A stretch of DNA of 63,385 nucleotides, counting the filler, from Octopus bimaculoides (taxonomy: Eukaryota): assembly GCF_001194135.2 (NCBI RefSeq). It is 5 parts of 4 records of this genome, joined end to end, with 100 filler letters (N's around TTAATTAATTAA, not from the genome) between each part and the next. Parts side by side here need not be neighbours in the genome. Positions count along the whole stretch, not along the records: positions 36,463 to 53,972 come from NC_068993.1; 4 more parts are not named here. One strand, given 5' to 3'. The notes under the pieces were generated by a model that worked only from the letters and a program-made list of their open reading frames with translations, was not told the origin of the DNA and searched no databases. Position 1 is the stretch's first letter. Each line of letters begins with the position of its first letter. A program made the position numbers and the translations under genes. Shown piece after piece: positions 38,981-50,637 of this stretch.

Positions 38981-41509
38981 CTGCAATGGCAACAGACATA
39001 CAACACATAAGGACATTGTAAACTTGTAATTACTATGATACAATACTACTATTTTAATTAGCAAATGTCATATGTTTTTTAGAGAAGAGAGAGCAAAATT
39101 GAGCCTTTGTTATTGAATCTAGTAGCAAATGGGATATAAATCGGCTCCAGGTAGAAATAAAACAATATCAGTCTGTATGAAAAAACAAACAAAAAATTTC
39201 ACCATTATCCCCATCACCACAGCACCACTAGCAACATAATCTCCTTCCTTCATTTAGGTAACACTGATCAAACTGATTCCACTATTTAACTATAAGAATG
39301 TTTATAAACACTTAAACTAGGAATTATTAAAAGAAATATTAGAAACTATTAATATTAAAGCAGAAGTGAAGAAAAAACAGACTATAGGTTAATGTCTGGG
39401 CCTTTGAAAAAAAGTCACTGCTAAGCAGTCATTGGATAAAATTTGGAAGTTTCTTTTGCTTCCAAAACTGTACACATCTTTCACCCAATCAGCAAAGATA
39501 TTTGTTTCTTCATTGATACTTCTGATAGTCTTTCAAAACTTTTCATAGTTCCAATTGTTTTATTTTCATCTGAATAAAAACTAGACAGTAAGTAAACAAC
39601 ACCAGATGTCTACTACATTTTGTTTATTGATTATAACTATTATGTCATTAGATATTTCTGTGTCATGATATGGGTCTGCCCAAATCCTAAACCTAAACAG
39701 AAATGCAGTACCTGCGATGAGCTTATAAACTTGTGACTTATTGATCAAGATATTGATATTTTCTTCATTTAACTATGAAAAAATATAGATAGAAGCTGTT
39801 TAATAACAGAACAGATTTATAAGTTCAATATCTTTACTCTTTCAAAGAGTCTAACACTTTAACCATCTTGTTACCCTATTTCTGTTGAATTACACTGGCT
39901 TTGTTTCAAAGAATGACTGGGTGGTTAAGAAAAATGTTTCACAACAACAAAGTTTCAGGTTCAGTCCCATTAGGTAGCAACTCCAGGCCAACAAATGCCT
40001 CGTGAGTGAATTTGGTATACAGAAACTGAGGAAGTCCATCGCGGGTGTTTGTGTGTATGTGTGTAGATCTTTGGGTTTGTCTCCTGCTCCTACTGGTATT
40101 AGTTTTTTTCTTATGTCCCTGTAACTTAGTGGCTCAGCAAAAACAAAAACCAAAGGAATAAGACACCAGAATTAAAAATAAATACTGGGATTGATTTTTT
40201 TAATAAAACCTTCAAGGTGCTATCCCAATGTGGTCACAGTTCAATAACTGAAACATATAAGGAGGTAGAGACCCCCTTTGGTCATGAATGACCATGCGAT
40301 TCCACCAAGAAAGTTCCTCTCTGAGGCACTAGTCCACGCAAGGTTGTTTATAGAAGATCACCAGTCACCCATGCATACCAGCCTCTCCTATCCATGCCAC
40401 TGATGTTATCTAAGGAAAGGCAAAGACCAATATAGCTTAGCACCAGTGACATTGCAACTCATTTCCACAGTCGAGTGAACTGGAGCAATGTGAAATAAAA
40501 TGTCTTACTCAAAAACACAACACTCAGCCTGGTCCAGCAATCGAACTCACTACCTCATGATTGTGAGTCCAATGCTCTAACCACTGAGCCATGTGCCTTC
40601 AAGAAGAAGAAATAGAATTTATCAAAATAACCATCATAATTTAGTTGGTGTTTAGAACACAAATTAAAATGAAATTTTGATTGAAGGTTTGTAATTTAAA
40701 CCAGTTTTAAATGGGGATTTTGTATCACAAAAGTGGGGTAGTTTCAAGATGGTCTTTTTATCAGAAGACTAAAGCAACCTTTAAAAACATGGATAAAATT
40801 GAAACATCAATGGCTTGAAATCCCATTTTCTATTTTATTGCAAGCATGATGAACGGTAAGAAGTTTGCTTCCCAATCACACAGTTTCAGATTCAGTCCCA
40901 CTGCATGGCACCTTGGGCTAAGTGTTTTCTATTGTGTGGGGGTGCTGAAAAGTTCCTGGCTTTGGTTAAAAGAAAATAAAGGATGATCATTTAATTATGA
41001 TTTTATTCAACATATTCCCCTCTCAGTTTCACATACTTATTGCAGTGGTCCTTCAGTTTTTCTAAGCCCTGTAAAATAATCTGGAAGGCTGGACTTCAGT
41101 AAGGGTTTTCATGATACCCTTAAAACCAGGAACTTTTCCCAGGCTGACCAAACCCTTGTAAGTGAATTTATTTGATGGAAACTGAAAGAAGCTTGTCATA
41201 TATATGTGTATGCATGTGTGTGCGTGTGCATGTATGTGTATGTGTACCAAATTTATTCACAGGATATTTTAAAAGATATTGGTTGACCCAGGGCTATAAT
41301 AGAAGATATTTGCCTATGGTGCTGTAGGACGGGAGTGGTCTCAAAAACATGATTAGAAAGTGAACTGCTTAACCACAGATGCACAAAATTGTACAATATG
41401 TACAATATAAAACAGACTTATCTAGATACATATACAAACATATATAAATACATGAATACATTTATCGCACAAATATACAGATAGACAGGCAGACAAATAT
41501 TTTACTTAC

Positions 41510-41648
41510 CTCTTATAAGACCAGCAAAAATCAACACCAACATTTTCCATATAATTGTATTTCTGTCCTAGACTCCATGAACAATTCAGAATTTGCCAGT
41601 CAAATACAATACACTTTATGGAATCCTTAGGAATTGGTACAAGTTTTT
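41510..41648 (-). CDS. Class I cytokine receptor-like gene, coding exon 3 (KLVPIPKDSIKCIVFDWQILNCSWSLGQKYNYMENVGVDFCWSYK)
   Basis: Long poly-T acceptor, AG|gtaagt donor, phase 1 to 2; C-x9-C-x-W signature of the cytokine-binding module; too short for the ORF track. Confidence 0.85.
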
Positions 41649-41822
41649 CTGGTTAAAAAAAAAAAGAAGAAAAAAAAACAAAGATAAATATCACCAGTAA
41701 AAAAACAGGCTTAACTGAAAAGAAATAAGACAAAACAAATACATAAGTATATACACACACACACACATATATATAAACATGTATACATACATATGTATAT
41801 ATATACATACATATATGTATAT

Positions 41823-42070
41823 GTGGAGGCACGTGGCTTAGTGGTTAGGGTGTCAACACCATGATCATAAGATTGTGGTTTCGATTCGTGGACCGGGCGA
41901 CGTATTGTGTTCTTGAGCAAAACACTTTATTTCACGTTGCTCCAGTCCACTCAGCTGGCAAAAATGAGTAACGCTGCGATGGACTGGTGTCCCGTCCAGC
42001 TGGGGAACACATACGCCATTGAAACCAGGAAACCGGGCCCATGAGCCTGGCTAGGCTTTAAAAGAGCGCA
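41823..42070 (+). mobile_element. SINE family B (young-looking copy)
   Basis: A-box gtggcttagtggttag and B-box-like gtttcgattc; body shared with 16890, 37440, 40260(-) and 47380(-). Confidence 0.8.
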
Positions 42071-42110
42071 TTTATTTATTTTATATGTATACACACACAC
42101 ACACACACAC

Positions 42111-42870
42111 AAGGTGTGATCAAAAAGTGTCCGACCTTTGGCCAAAAAAAAAAACAAGTAATATTAAAAAACTAACCATTTGTATTTGTTTTGGGAGTTT
42201 ATGCACTTCTGCCAGCATTCCTGCTACTACTGGAAACATTTCTGGAAATCACTTTTTGGGATATCGTAGAGCTGTGCTGTCAGATTTTGCCTAATGTCTT
42301 CTGCTGACTCAAATCTTCTCCCTATGAGTGCTTTTTTAAGCTTTGGGAATAGCCAAATGTCACACAGAGCCAAGTCTGGGGAGTAGGAAGCCTGATGAAC
42401 AAATGGTATGTTTTGCTTGACAAGGAATGCTTGGATGACGTGGGTAGAATGAGTAGGTGCGTTGCCATGGTGGAGTTGCTAGTTCTTTGCTGCCTACAGG
42501 CTGGGTTGTTTTCACTGCACAGCTTCACAAAGGCAACAAAGAACCTTTGCAATCATTTCATCATTTCTACTAGTCAATGGTCTGTCACAACGTGGCTCAC
42601 TATCCACTGAGGAGCAGCCATCTTTGAACCAGTTGTACCATTCCTTTGTGTTTTTCCCATAGCATCATCTCAAAAGGGCTTCTGAATCTTCTCGATAGTT
42701 CGGGCTTGTGTGTCACCAATTTTTTGGCAGAATTTGATACAACATCTTTGCCCAATGTGCTTGGTCATCTTGACTCAAAAAGATAAATTGCACAACACAC
42801 TCTTCATATTTATACTCAACATGTCACTGTGGGCAAATGGTGCAATCTACAGACACGAAAATTTTTGCCT
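42111..42870 (-). mobile_element. Degenerate mariner transposon
   Basis: Minus-strand HLFIRLPTPQTWLCVTFGYSQSLKK with frameshift corresponds to the HPPYSPDLAPCDFWLFPKLK motif; terminus aggtgtgatcaaaaagt. Confidence 0.65.
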
Positions 42871-44658
42871 GTATCGGCCTTTGCATTTCCCTTAGATAAC
42901 ATCAGTGGCATGGAGAGGGGAGGCTGATCTGCATGGGTGACTGCTGGTCTTCCATAAACAACTTTACTTGGACCTCTGCCTCAAAGAGGAACTTTCTAGG
43001 TGGAATCCCATGGTCATTCATGACAGATGGGGGTCTTTACCCCACTTTACCAATTCTTTAACTATTTTCATATGTTAAAATGATAATGATGACAATGGTA
43101 ATATATACAACATGCATATATGTATATACACACATACATGTTATATACATATATATATATCATCACTTTGCTACCCACTCATTAGGCATATATATAAGAG
43201 ACTGCATAAGGCCATCCTCATCACTCTATATACCCTCTCATCTCTAAGTATATGTATAACAAACAGTACTGAACCATCTGTATGTATTACTATCAACTTT
43301 ACTTTATCTGTGCTGCCATCAATCACTTTCTCTCTTCCTTCTGGAGCATTTCTGTTGGGCATTCATCACCTACTCTTACTATGCCCACATCTGCTATTGA
43401 CCATCGCTCCCCTCACATCTTAATAACTGCTTCTACTCTTTTCCTCTTGCTCCTTTCACCCATCAATTCCGGCCTTCTGGCTTTCCTCTGTTCCTCCTCC
43501 TTGATTACATCACCTGAGAAGTACACAACTTAGGCTTCTCTCTACACTTACAGTATACAGAGCCATTCCATCCCAGCAAGCCCTCTAGAGTGATAGGTGG
43601 TTTAGAAGTAAAGAAGGATTGTGATGCTCTTTACTGCTGTTTCACTGAAAACTTGACAATTTCTCCATTACTAGTGCCATGCCACAACACACTATAAAGT
43701 GGATGACGAATAAGTTGAGAAAGCATAAAGCTCTGCAGTCTTTTTAGTCCTGTGCCACTGAGAGTTTTATTCACTGCTCTAATGATGGTGCCAAGAGAAA
43801 TTGCACCCAGTCATCATCATCATCATTTACTGTCCATTGTCCATTGTTGGCATGGGTTGGATGGTTTGACTGGGCTGGCTTGCTGGAAGGCTGCACTAGA
43901 CTCCAGCCTGATTTGGCATGGTTTTCTATGACTGGATGCTCTTCCTAACGCCTTTGCATGACATGGGGGTACATTTATGTGCAACTGGCATGGGTGTACC
44001 CACCCATGCCAGTGTAAAATAGTGATAATAAGGACATGCAACCATTAAAGCCAAGCGAAAATGACATATGTCAAGCCAAGTGAAATCGTAGTCATGGCTG
44101 ATGACAGTGTCACAGAACTGGCACCCATGTTGGTGGCACATAAAATGCACATTTCGATTGTTGGGCCTCACATAGGCAATGTGGCCAATGCCGGTGTCAT
44201 GTAACTAGTACCCATGCCTATGGCATGTCAAAAGCACCTTTCAAGTGTGGGATTTCACAGAAGCAATGACAAATGACTGAGACCGTTGGCAATATGCCGT
44301 GCTTGATTAGAAAACACATCAAACCAAGTGAAATTTGAGTCATGGCAGATAGCGGTGTCATGCAACTGGCACCCATGTTAGTGACACATAAAAGCACCCA
44401 TTACACTCTTGGAGTGGTTGGCATTAAGAAGGACATCCTGCCATAAAAATCTTGTCAAATCAGACTGGAGTCTGGTGCAGCCCTGGTCAAGCAGCCAACC
44501 TGTGCCAGCATACAAAACAGACATTAATTGATAATGATGAGCACTAATCTATAGGAAAATGTAGCCTCCAATAAGAAATGACTCTAAGCACAATGAATCT
44601 TCTAGCCTTGAATATGAAATAATGACTATGATGATATATACAAAAACATGATACTTGC

Positions 44659-44904
44659 CTTCAACTTTAACCCATTGGCCAGCATGTACTTGAGCGTTTG
44701 AATATTTACACACAAAGCTGCCTTCCTCTTTACTACTATTGTAGCATTTCTTCAAAGAAGCACTTGTCTTGTTGAATGTTGTTTCATTTTGAGAAGAATT
44801 GGTAAAATACAGTGCTGAAGTGTCATTCAAAGTTGTGGAATTTAGTTTACAAGTAAATGTAATGCAATCTCCAACAAAGACAAATGGATCATTTGGTTCC
44901 AAAA
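44659..44904 (-). CDS. Class I cytokine receptor-like gene, coding exon 2: Ig-like domain (LEPNDPFVFVGDCITFTCKL...GSFVCKY...WVKVE)
   Basis: ttttctatttctttag acceptor; phase 1-1 exon of 246 nt; TFTC and GSFVC Ig cysteines; six N-x-S/T sequons; GC donor AAG|gcaagt. Confidence 0.85.
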
Positions 44905-45764
44905 CTAAAGAAATAGAAAATATGTCAATAAATTAATAAAACATGAAAAGTAGCCATTTCTTTGAGAATACAGAAAGTAACTTTTTCACAGAAGGTTTAC
45001 CCACTAACTGCTTGGGCAGCATAACAGCACATAGCAGTTTGGAGTATGCTTAGCACCGATCACCAATAAATAGAGCCGGAACCAACTGGACTTTATTGTT
45101 TTTTTTTTTTATTTTGTTATGTTCCACCTGTGATTATCCCAATCTTTAAAAGCAAATTGTTTTTACTTTTTTTTTTTTAAGCCAAATTTTTTCCTGCTGG
45201 TGTTGAAATACAAAAACTTAAAACTGAATATCAGCTGAATCAAGCATACCAGTTTTTGAGATCCTACAAAGGCCTTAGCCATGATACTGCATCCTCAAAT
45301 AAATTACAACAGCAGAAATTGATACCGGTGCTGGGGCCACGTTAAAAGTACTGATGCTGGTGCCACATAAAAAGCACCCAATACACTCTGTGGCATGGTT
45401 GGCATTAGGAAGGGCATCCAGTCATGGAAACAATGCTAGAACAGACAATGGAGCCTGGCCTTAACAGCATCAGTCAAACCATCCAAACCATGCCAGAGGT
45501 TAAATGATGAAGAGGATTTATAAATCACAAAGGAAAAACAAAATATTCAGTAATGGAGAGCAAGATGTAAGCTTTTGAAAGATCAAAACCATAATGTCAC
45601 AATACAGTAGTTCATCCCAGTGGAAAGGATTCCACTTCACTTATGCTGCTAATAAATGAGTAAACGTATATCCCAGTGTCACTTCATCATACCTTCTCTA
45701 AAACAATAAAGCCTTTGTCCCTGGTCTACTTATGTTATTCATAGACATGTGAACAAAACACATA

Positions 45765-45932
45765 CAGGCGCAGGAGTGGTTGTGTGGTAAGTAGCTTGCT
45801 TACCAACCACATGGTTCCGGGTTCAGTCCCACTGCATGGTACCTTGGGCAAGTGTCTTCTACTATAGCCTCGGGCCGACCAAAGTGAGTGGATTTGGTAG
45901 ACGGAAACTGAAAGAAGCCCGTCGTATATATG

Positions 45933-45966
<34 letters not shown>

Positions 45967-46185
45967 TATGTATATATGTGTGTTTGTGTTTGTCCCCCAC
46001 CATCGCTTGACAACTGATGCTGGTGTGTTTACGGCCCTGTAACTTAGTGGTTCGGCAAAAAGAGACCGATAGAATAAGTACTAGGCTTCCAAAGAATAAG
46101 TCCTGGGGTCGATTTGCTCGACTAAAAGGCGGTGCTCCAGCATGGCCGCAGTCAAATGACTGAAACAAGTAAAAGAGTAAAAGAG
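45765..46185 (+). mobile_element. SINE family A (near-intact copy)
   Basis: ggcgcaggagtggttgtgtggtaag head through aaatgactgaaacaagtaaaagag tail. Confidence 0.9.
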
Positions 46186-46351
46186 TATGTAAAACACTTC
46201 AGTGCCAAATCAATCGTGATTGAGTAGATCTGCACTGAAAGACATTCTGGCCATAGCCATGATATTTTTCTTTTCTTTTTTGCTGACATGAAATAAGAAG
46301 AAGAAGAAGAAGGAGGGCAAGAGGTAAAGGAGAAGAAGTGGCAGTACTTAC

Positions 46352-46412
46352 TTAATTTATCATAGCTATTAGTCACTGGGAGAAACAGGAGCAAGACTGA
46401 TAGAATCAACAT
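46352..46412 (-). CDS. Class I cytokine receptor-like gene, coding exon 1: signal peptide (MLILSVLLLFLPVTNS-YDKL)
   Basis: Hydrophobic signal peptide; A|gtaagt phase-1 donor in frame with the Ig exon; strong acceptor ctttctcttttcatgaccacag 8 nt upstream of the ATG. Confidence 0.78.
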
Positions 46413-46549
46413 ATTCAAAGCTGTGGTCATGAAAAGAGAAAGACAGAAAAAGACATTTAAGAAAAATAAAACTTCAAAAGGTGAAGAAAAAAAAGGCCAT
46501 AACATTTACTGTGATTATATTTAATTAAAAAGTATCTTTCCTATTTTTT

Positions 46550-47328
46550 TTATTTGTTTCAGTAATTGGATTGTGGCCATGCTGGGGCATTGCCTTGAAG
46601 GATTTAACCAAACAAACTGACCCCATAGCTTATTCTTTTAAAGTCTTGTACATATTTTATCAGTCTCTATTGCTGAACCTCTAAGTTACAGGCATGTAAA
46701 CAAACCAACACCAATTGTAAAGTGGCAGGGGAACACATACACATGCATGCATGTGTGTATGTATGTGTATGCATGTATGTATGTATGTGTATGTATGTAT
46801 GACAGGCTTCTTTCAGTTTCTTCTCTACCAAACTCACTCACAAAATCTTGTTCAGGTAATAGCTATAGTAAAAGATAGTTGTCCAAGGTGCCACGCAGCA
46901 GGACTGAACCTAAAACCATGTGGTTAAGAAGTGGTTAAGAACAGCCATGCCTGCACCTACATTTATAATGGAGTAGTATTTGTGCCAAAATAGTGCACTG
47001 TCTTGAAGGATCTATCAAACACATCAATCCTAGTATTTATATATTTTTTAAAGTCTGGTAATTATTCTATCAGTCTCTTTTGCCAAACCATTAAACAACA
47101 GCTATGTAAACAAACCAACACCGGTTGTCAAGTGGTGTGAGGACAAACACAAATTCACATACATATGACAGGCTTCTACACAGTTTCCATCTACCAAATT
47201 TGTTCACAAGGCATTGGTCATCCCAGAGCTATAGTAGAAGATACTTCTCCAAGGTAACACATAGTGGGAGTGAACCAAAAACCAGGTGGTTGCAAAACAA
47301 ACTTATTAACCACACAGTTATGTCTCCA

Positions 47329-47330
<2 letters not shown>
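46550..47330 (-). mobile_element. Two adjacent degenerate SINE family A copies
   Basis: Reverse-complement matches to family A. Confidence 0.7.
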
Positions 47331-47371
<41 letters not shown>

Positions 47372-47659
47372 GATGATGATGATGGACTCTCCTACCGAAG
47401 ATGACGTATGAGTGTTCAGCTTGTGCTGAATGACCTGCACAAGTGATTTGTTTATATTGACCAAATGTTCACACTGCACATTAGCTCAACGTTGCCTGAA
47501 CAGGTGCATGGAATGTAGCACACGTCACGTGTTGAAGTGATCACAGAGCAACATGAGATGAAGTGTTTTGCTCAAGAACACAATGCACCACTTAGTCTAG
47601 GAATTGAAACCACGATCTCACAATCATGAGTGCAACACCCTAACCACTAGGCCATGTGC

Positions 47660-47690
<31 letters not shown>

Positions 47691-47986
47691 TGCACTGGGG
47701 GAAAATGTGACTGAGATAAGGTCTGGGGCAAGAATATGGTCTTACAAGTCGTGAAATGAGATACTTTTGAATGTTTTCTTTTCTATTTTTTACTGCTTCA
47801 TCAGAAGAAGGAACACATGACTGTTTGCGGGGTTATCTAACAGGAAACCTGACACAAGTGTTTGCTACAGAGAGGGCTATTTTAAAGCCACTTTTAGGTC
47901 AAGTGGTGTTACAAAACCAGTTGACATATTAAGCCTACCATCCAGAAATACATATATACATACCATACATACATGTACAGTATGCA

Positions 47987-48017
<31 letters not shown>

Positions 48018-48019
48018 CA

Positions 48020-48271
48020 TCATCATCGTTTAACGTCCGCTTTCCATGCTAGCATGGGTTGGACGATTTGACTGAGGACTGGTGAAACCAGATGCCTACA
48101 CCAGGCTCCAATCTGATTTGGCAGAGTTTCTACAGCTGGATGCCCTTCCTAACGCCAACCACTCAGAGAGTGTAGTGGGTGCTTTTACGTGTCACCCGCA
48201 CGAAGGCCAGTCAGGCAGTACTGGCAACGGCTACGCTCAAAATGGTGTATTTTATGTGCCACCCACACAAG
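48020..48271 (-). mobile_element. RTE LINE 3' end
   Basis: Near-identical to 36125-36362; reverse complement of the RTE tail. Confidence 0.85.
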
Positions 48272-49836
48272 NNNNNNNNNNNNNNNNNNNNNNNNNNNNN
48301 NNNNNNNNNNNNNNNNNNNNNNNNNNNNNNNNNNNNNNNNNNNNNNNNNNNNNNNNNNNNNNNNNNNNNNNNNNNNNNNNNNNNNNNNNNNNNNNNNNNN
48401 NNNNNNNNNNNNNNNNNNNNNNNNNNNNNNNNNNNNNNNNNNNNNNNNNNNNNNNNNNNNNNNNNNNNNNNNNNNNNNNNNNNNNNNNNNNNNNNNNNNN
48501 NNNNNNNNNNNNNNNNNNNNNNNNNNNNNNNNNNNNNNNNNNNNNNNNNNNNNNNNNNNNNNNNNNNNNNNNNNNNNNNNNNNNNNNNNNNNNNNNNNNN
48601 NNNNNNNNNNNNNNNNNNNNNNNNNNNNNNNNNNNNNNNNNNNNNNNNNNNNNNNNNNNNNNNNNNNNNNNNNNNNNNNNNNNNNNNNNNNNNNNNNNNN
48701 NNNNNNNNNNNNNNNNNNNNNNNNNNNNNNNNNNNNNNNNNNNNNNNNNNNNNNNNNNNNNNNNNNNNNNNNNNNNNNNNNNNNNNNNNNNNNNNNNNNN
48801 NNNNNNNNNNNNNNNNNNNNNNNNNNNNNNNNNNNNNNNNNNNNNNNNNNNNNNNNNNNNNNNNNNNNNNNNNNNNNNNNNNNNNNNNNNNNNNNNNNNN
48901 NNNNNNNNNNNNNNNNNNNNNNNNNNNNNNNNNNNNNNNNNNNNNNNNNNNNNNNNNNNNNNNNNNNNNNNNNNNNNNNNNNNNNNNNNNNNNNNNNNNN
49001 NNNNNNNNNNNNNNNNNNNNNNNNNNNNNNNNNNNNNNNNNNNNNNNNNNNNNNNNNNNNNNNNNNNNNNNNNNNNNNNNNNNNNNNNNNNNNNNNNNNN
49101 NNNNNNNNNNNNNNNNNNNNNNNNNNNNNNNNNNNNNNNNNNNNNNNNNNNNNNNNNNNNNNNTAATACTGGTTCCCATATGCTATTCATATCTGCACTC
49201 GGATTGCTTAGGAGGTTGTTGTGTTCTAGCATATGTGCTGCCCCTTTCAGTTTTACACACACACACACTCGATAATAGAGACTCATAAAATACACTTTCA
49301 CACACACACACACATACATTATCTAACTCGTACATGCAAACACACAGTGACACAACTATTGTACTTCCAAATATTTACGTATGCACATATATCTTGCATG
49401 TATGTAACAAACCATCTACATATGTACACTTGAGAAAAAGATTCACTGTCATGCACACACATAATAAATAATATATAAGAGGATGATGAAGAATAAAATT
49501 ATATAATGCCTTGCTTTTATCTTGCTGGATAATAGATAAGTGGTACTGAGTTGAATTACTGCAATAGATACAAACCCTTTGCATGTTTAACTGTCCATGA
49601 TACTTGGTTTATTAGAAGCAGAATGAATCTTTGAAGGGCTGGGCTTTGATTTGTGTGTATATTTTAAAACTTCCAAGTTGTTTCCAGGATAATGTAAAAG
49701 TATTATCTACAAAAAAAATCAAGCATAAAAATATCCATATAAGTACAAATATACTTTCAGAAATAAATATAAATTACAAGCAATAATAAATCTCTGAATG
49801 AGGTATAAACAGTAGCAGCACGACAACGTGAAGTAT

Positions 49837-50198
49837 ATTTGCCACTTAAATGTGGCTAACCCCTAAGGGTGAATGCTACTGTAGCTTGTAGCCCCAGGAG
49901 AACATCTCCTCCAGCTGGCTATTGACACACTTTCTGTGCCCTGTCGGTATTTGCAAAGGGAAATCATCCTTCCCATCGTCGATCTGACGTGATACGCACA
50001 GACCCAGAAGGGTAAATACCCAGAAACCTGGGTCCGTGCGTATCACGTCAGGTCGACGATGGGAAGGATGACTTCTCTTTGCAAATACCGACAGGGCACA
50101 GAAAGTGTGTCAATAGCCAGGTGGAGGAGATGTTCTCCTGGGGCTACAAGCTACTGTAGCATTCACCCTTAGGGGTTAGCCGCATTTAAGTGGCAAAT
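49837..50198. mobile_element. Fold-back element/MITE: ~170-bp inverted arms with ~20-nt loop
   Basis: atttgccacttaaatgtggctaacc...gacccag / ctgggtc...ggttagccgcatttaagtggcaaat; about 7 mismatches counted by eye. Confidence 0.9.
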
Positions 50199-50452
50199 GT
50201 AAATTATAAGTTATACCATATTTACTGCAAACATGTACATTCAAAAGGAGCATTTAAGGGTAGGTTCTTCCTTTCTATTTCTCAGCATGAAGTGGATAAG
50301 AGATAAATCCCATCAAAACAGGCCCAATTGAAATGTTCCATATATTTGTCTATTACGTATAAGTTATGTCCTGGTTTCCTATTTTACACATGTTTGTATT
50401 TATGTGTGTACTGCAGACTTGTGGAGATATATTTCTATGTGTATTATATTTC

Positions 50453-50637
50453 AAAATTATGAATGGAAAAAATTATGAATGAAAAAATTAGGAAAGAAAA
50501 AATTATTAAGAATAAAAGGTTAAACTTTATATATATATAAAGTTTAACTTTATATATATATAAAGTTTAACCTTTTATTCTTAATAATTTTTTCTTTCCT
50601 AATTTTTTCATTCATAATTTTTTCCATTCATAATTTT
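50453..50637. repeat. Very AT-rich palindrome with doubled centre
   Basis: aaaattatgaatgg...aaggttaaacttt(at)n... mirrored by ...aaagtttaacctt...ccattcataatttt. Confidence 0.85.

Noticed and set aside
47805-47897. Plus-strand exon-like frame as a possible IQCB1 exon 4
   Set aside because: Open only in phase 1 whereas phase 0 is required; no similarity to the expected IQCB1 segment
48082-49319. The longest ORFs in the track (322-397 aa), and similar X-filled ORFs elsewhere
   Set aside because: They run through N gaps; the real sequence is an RTE 3' UTR and microsatellite
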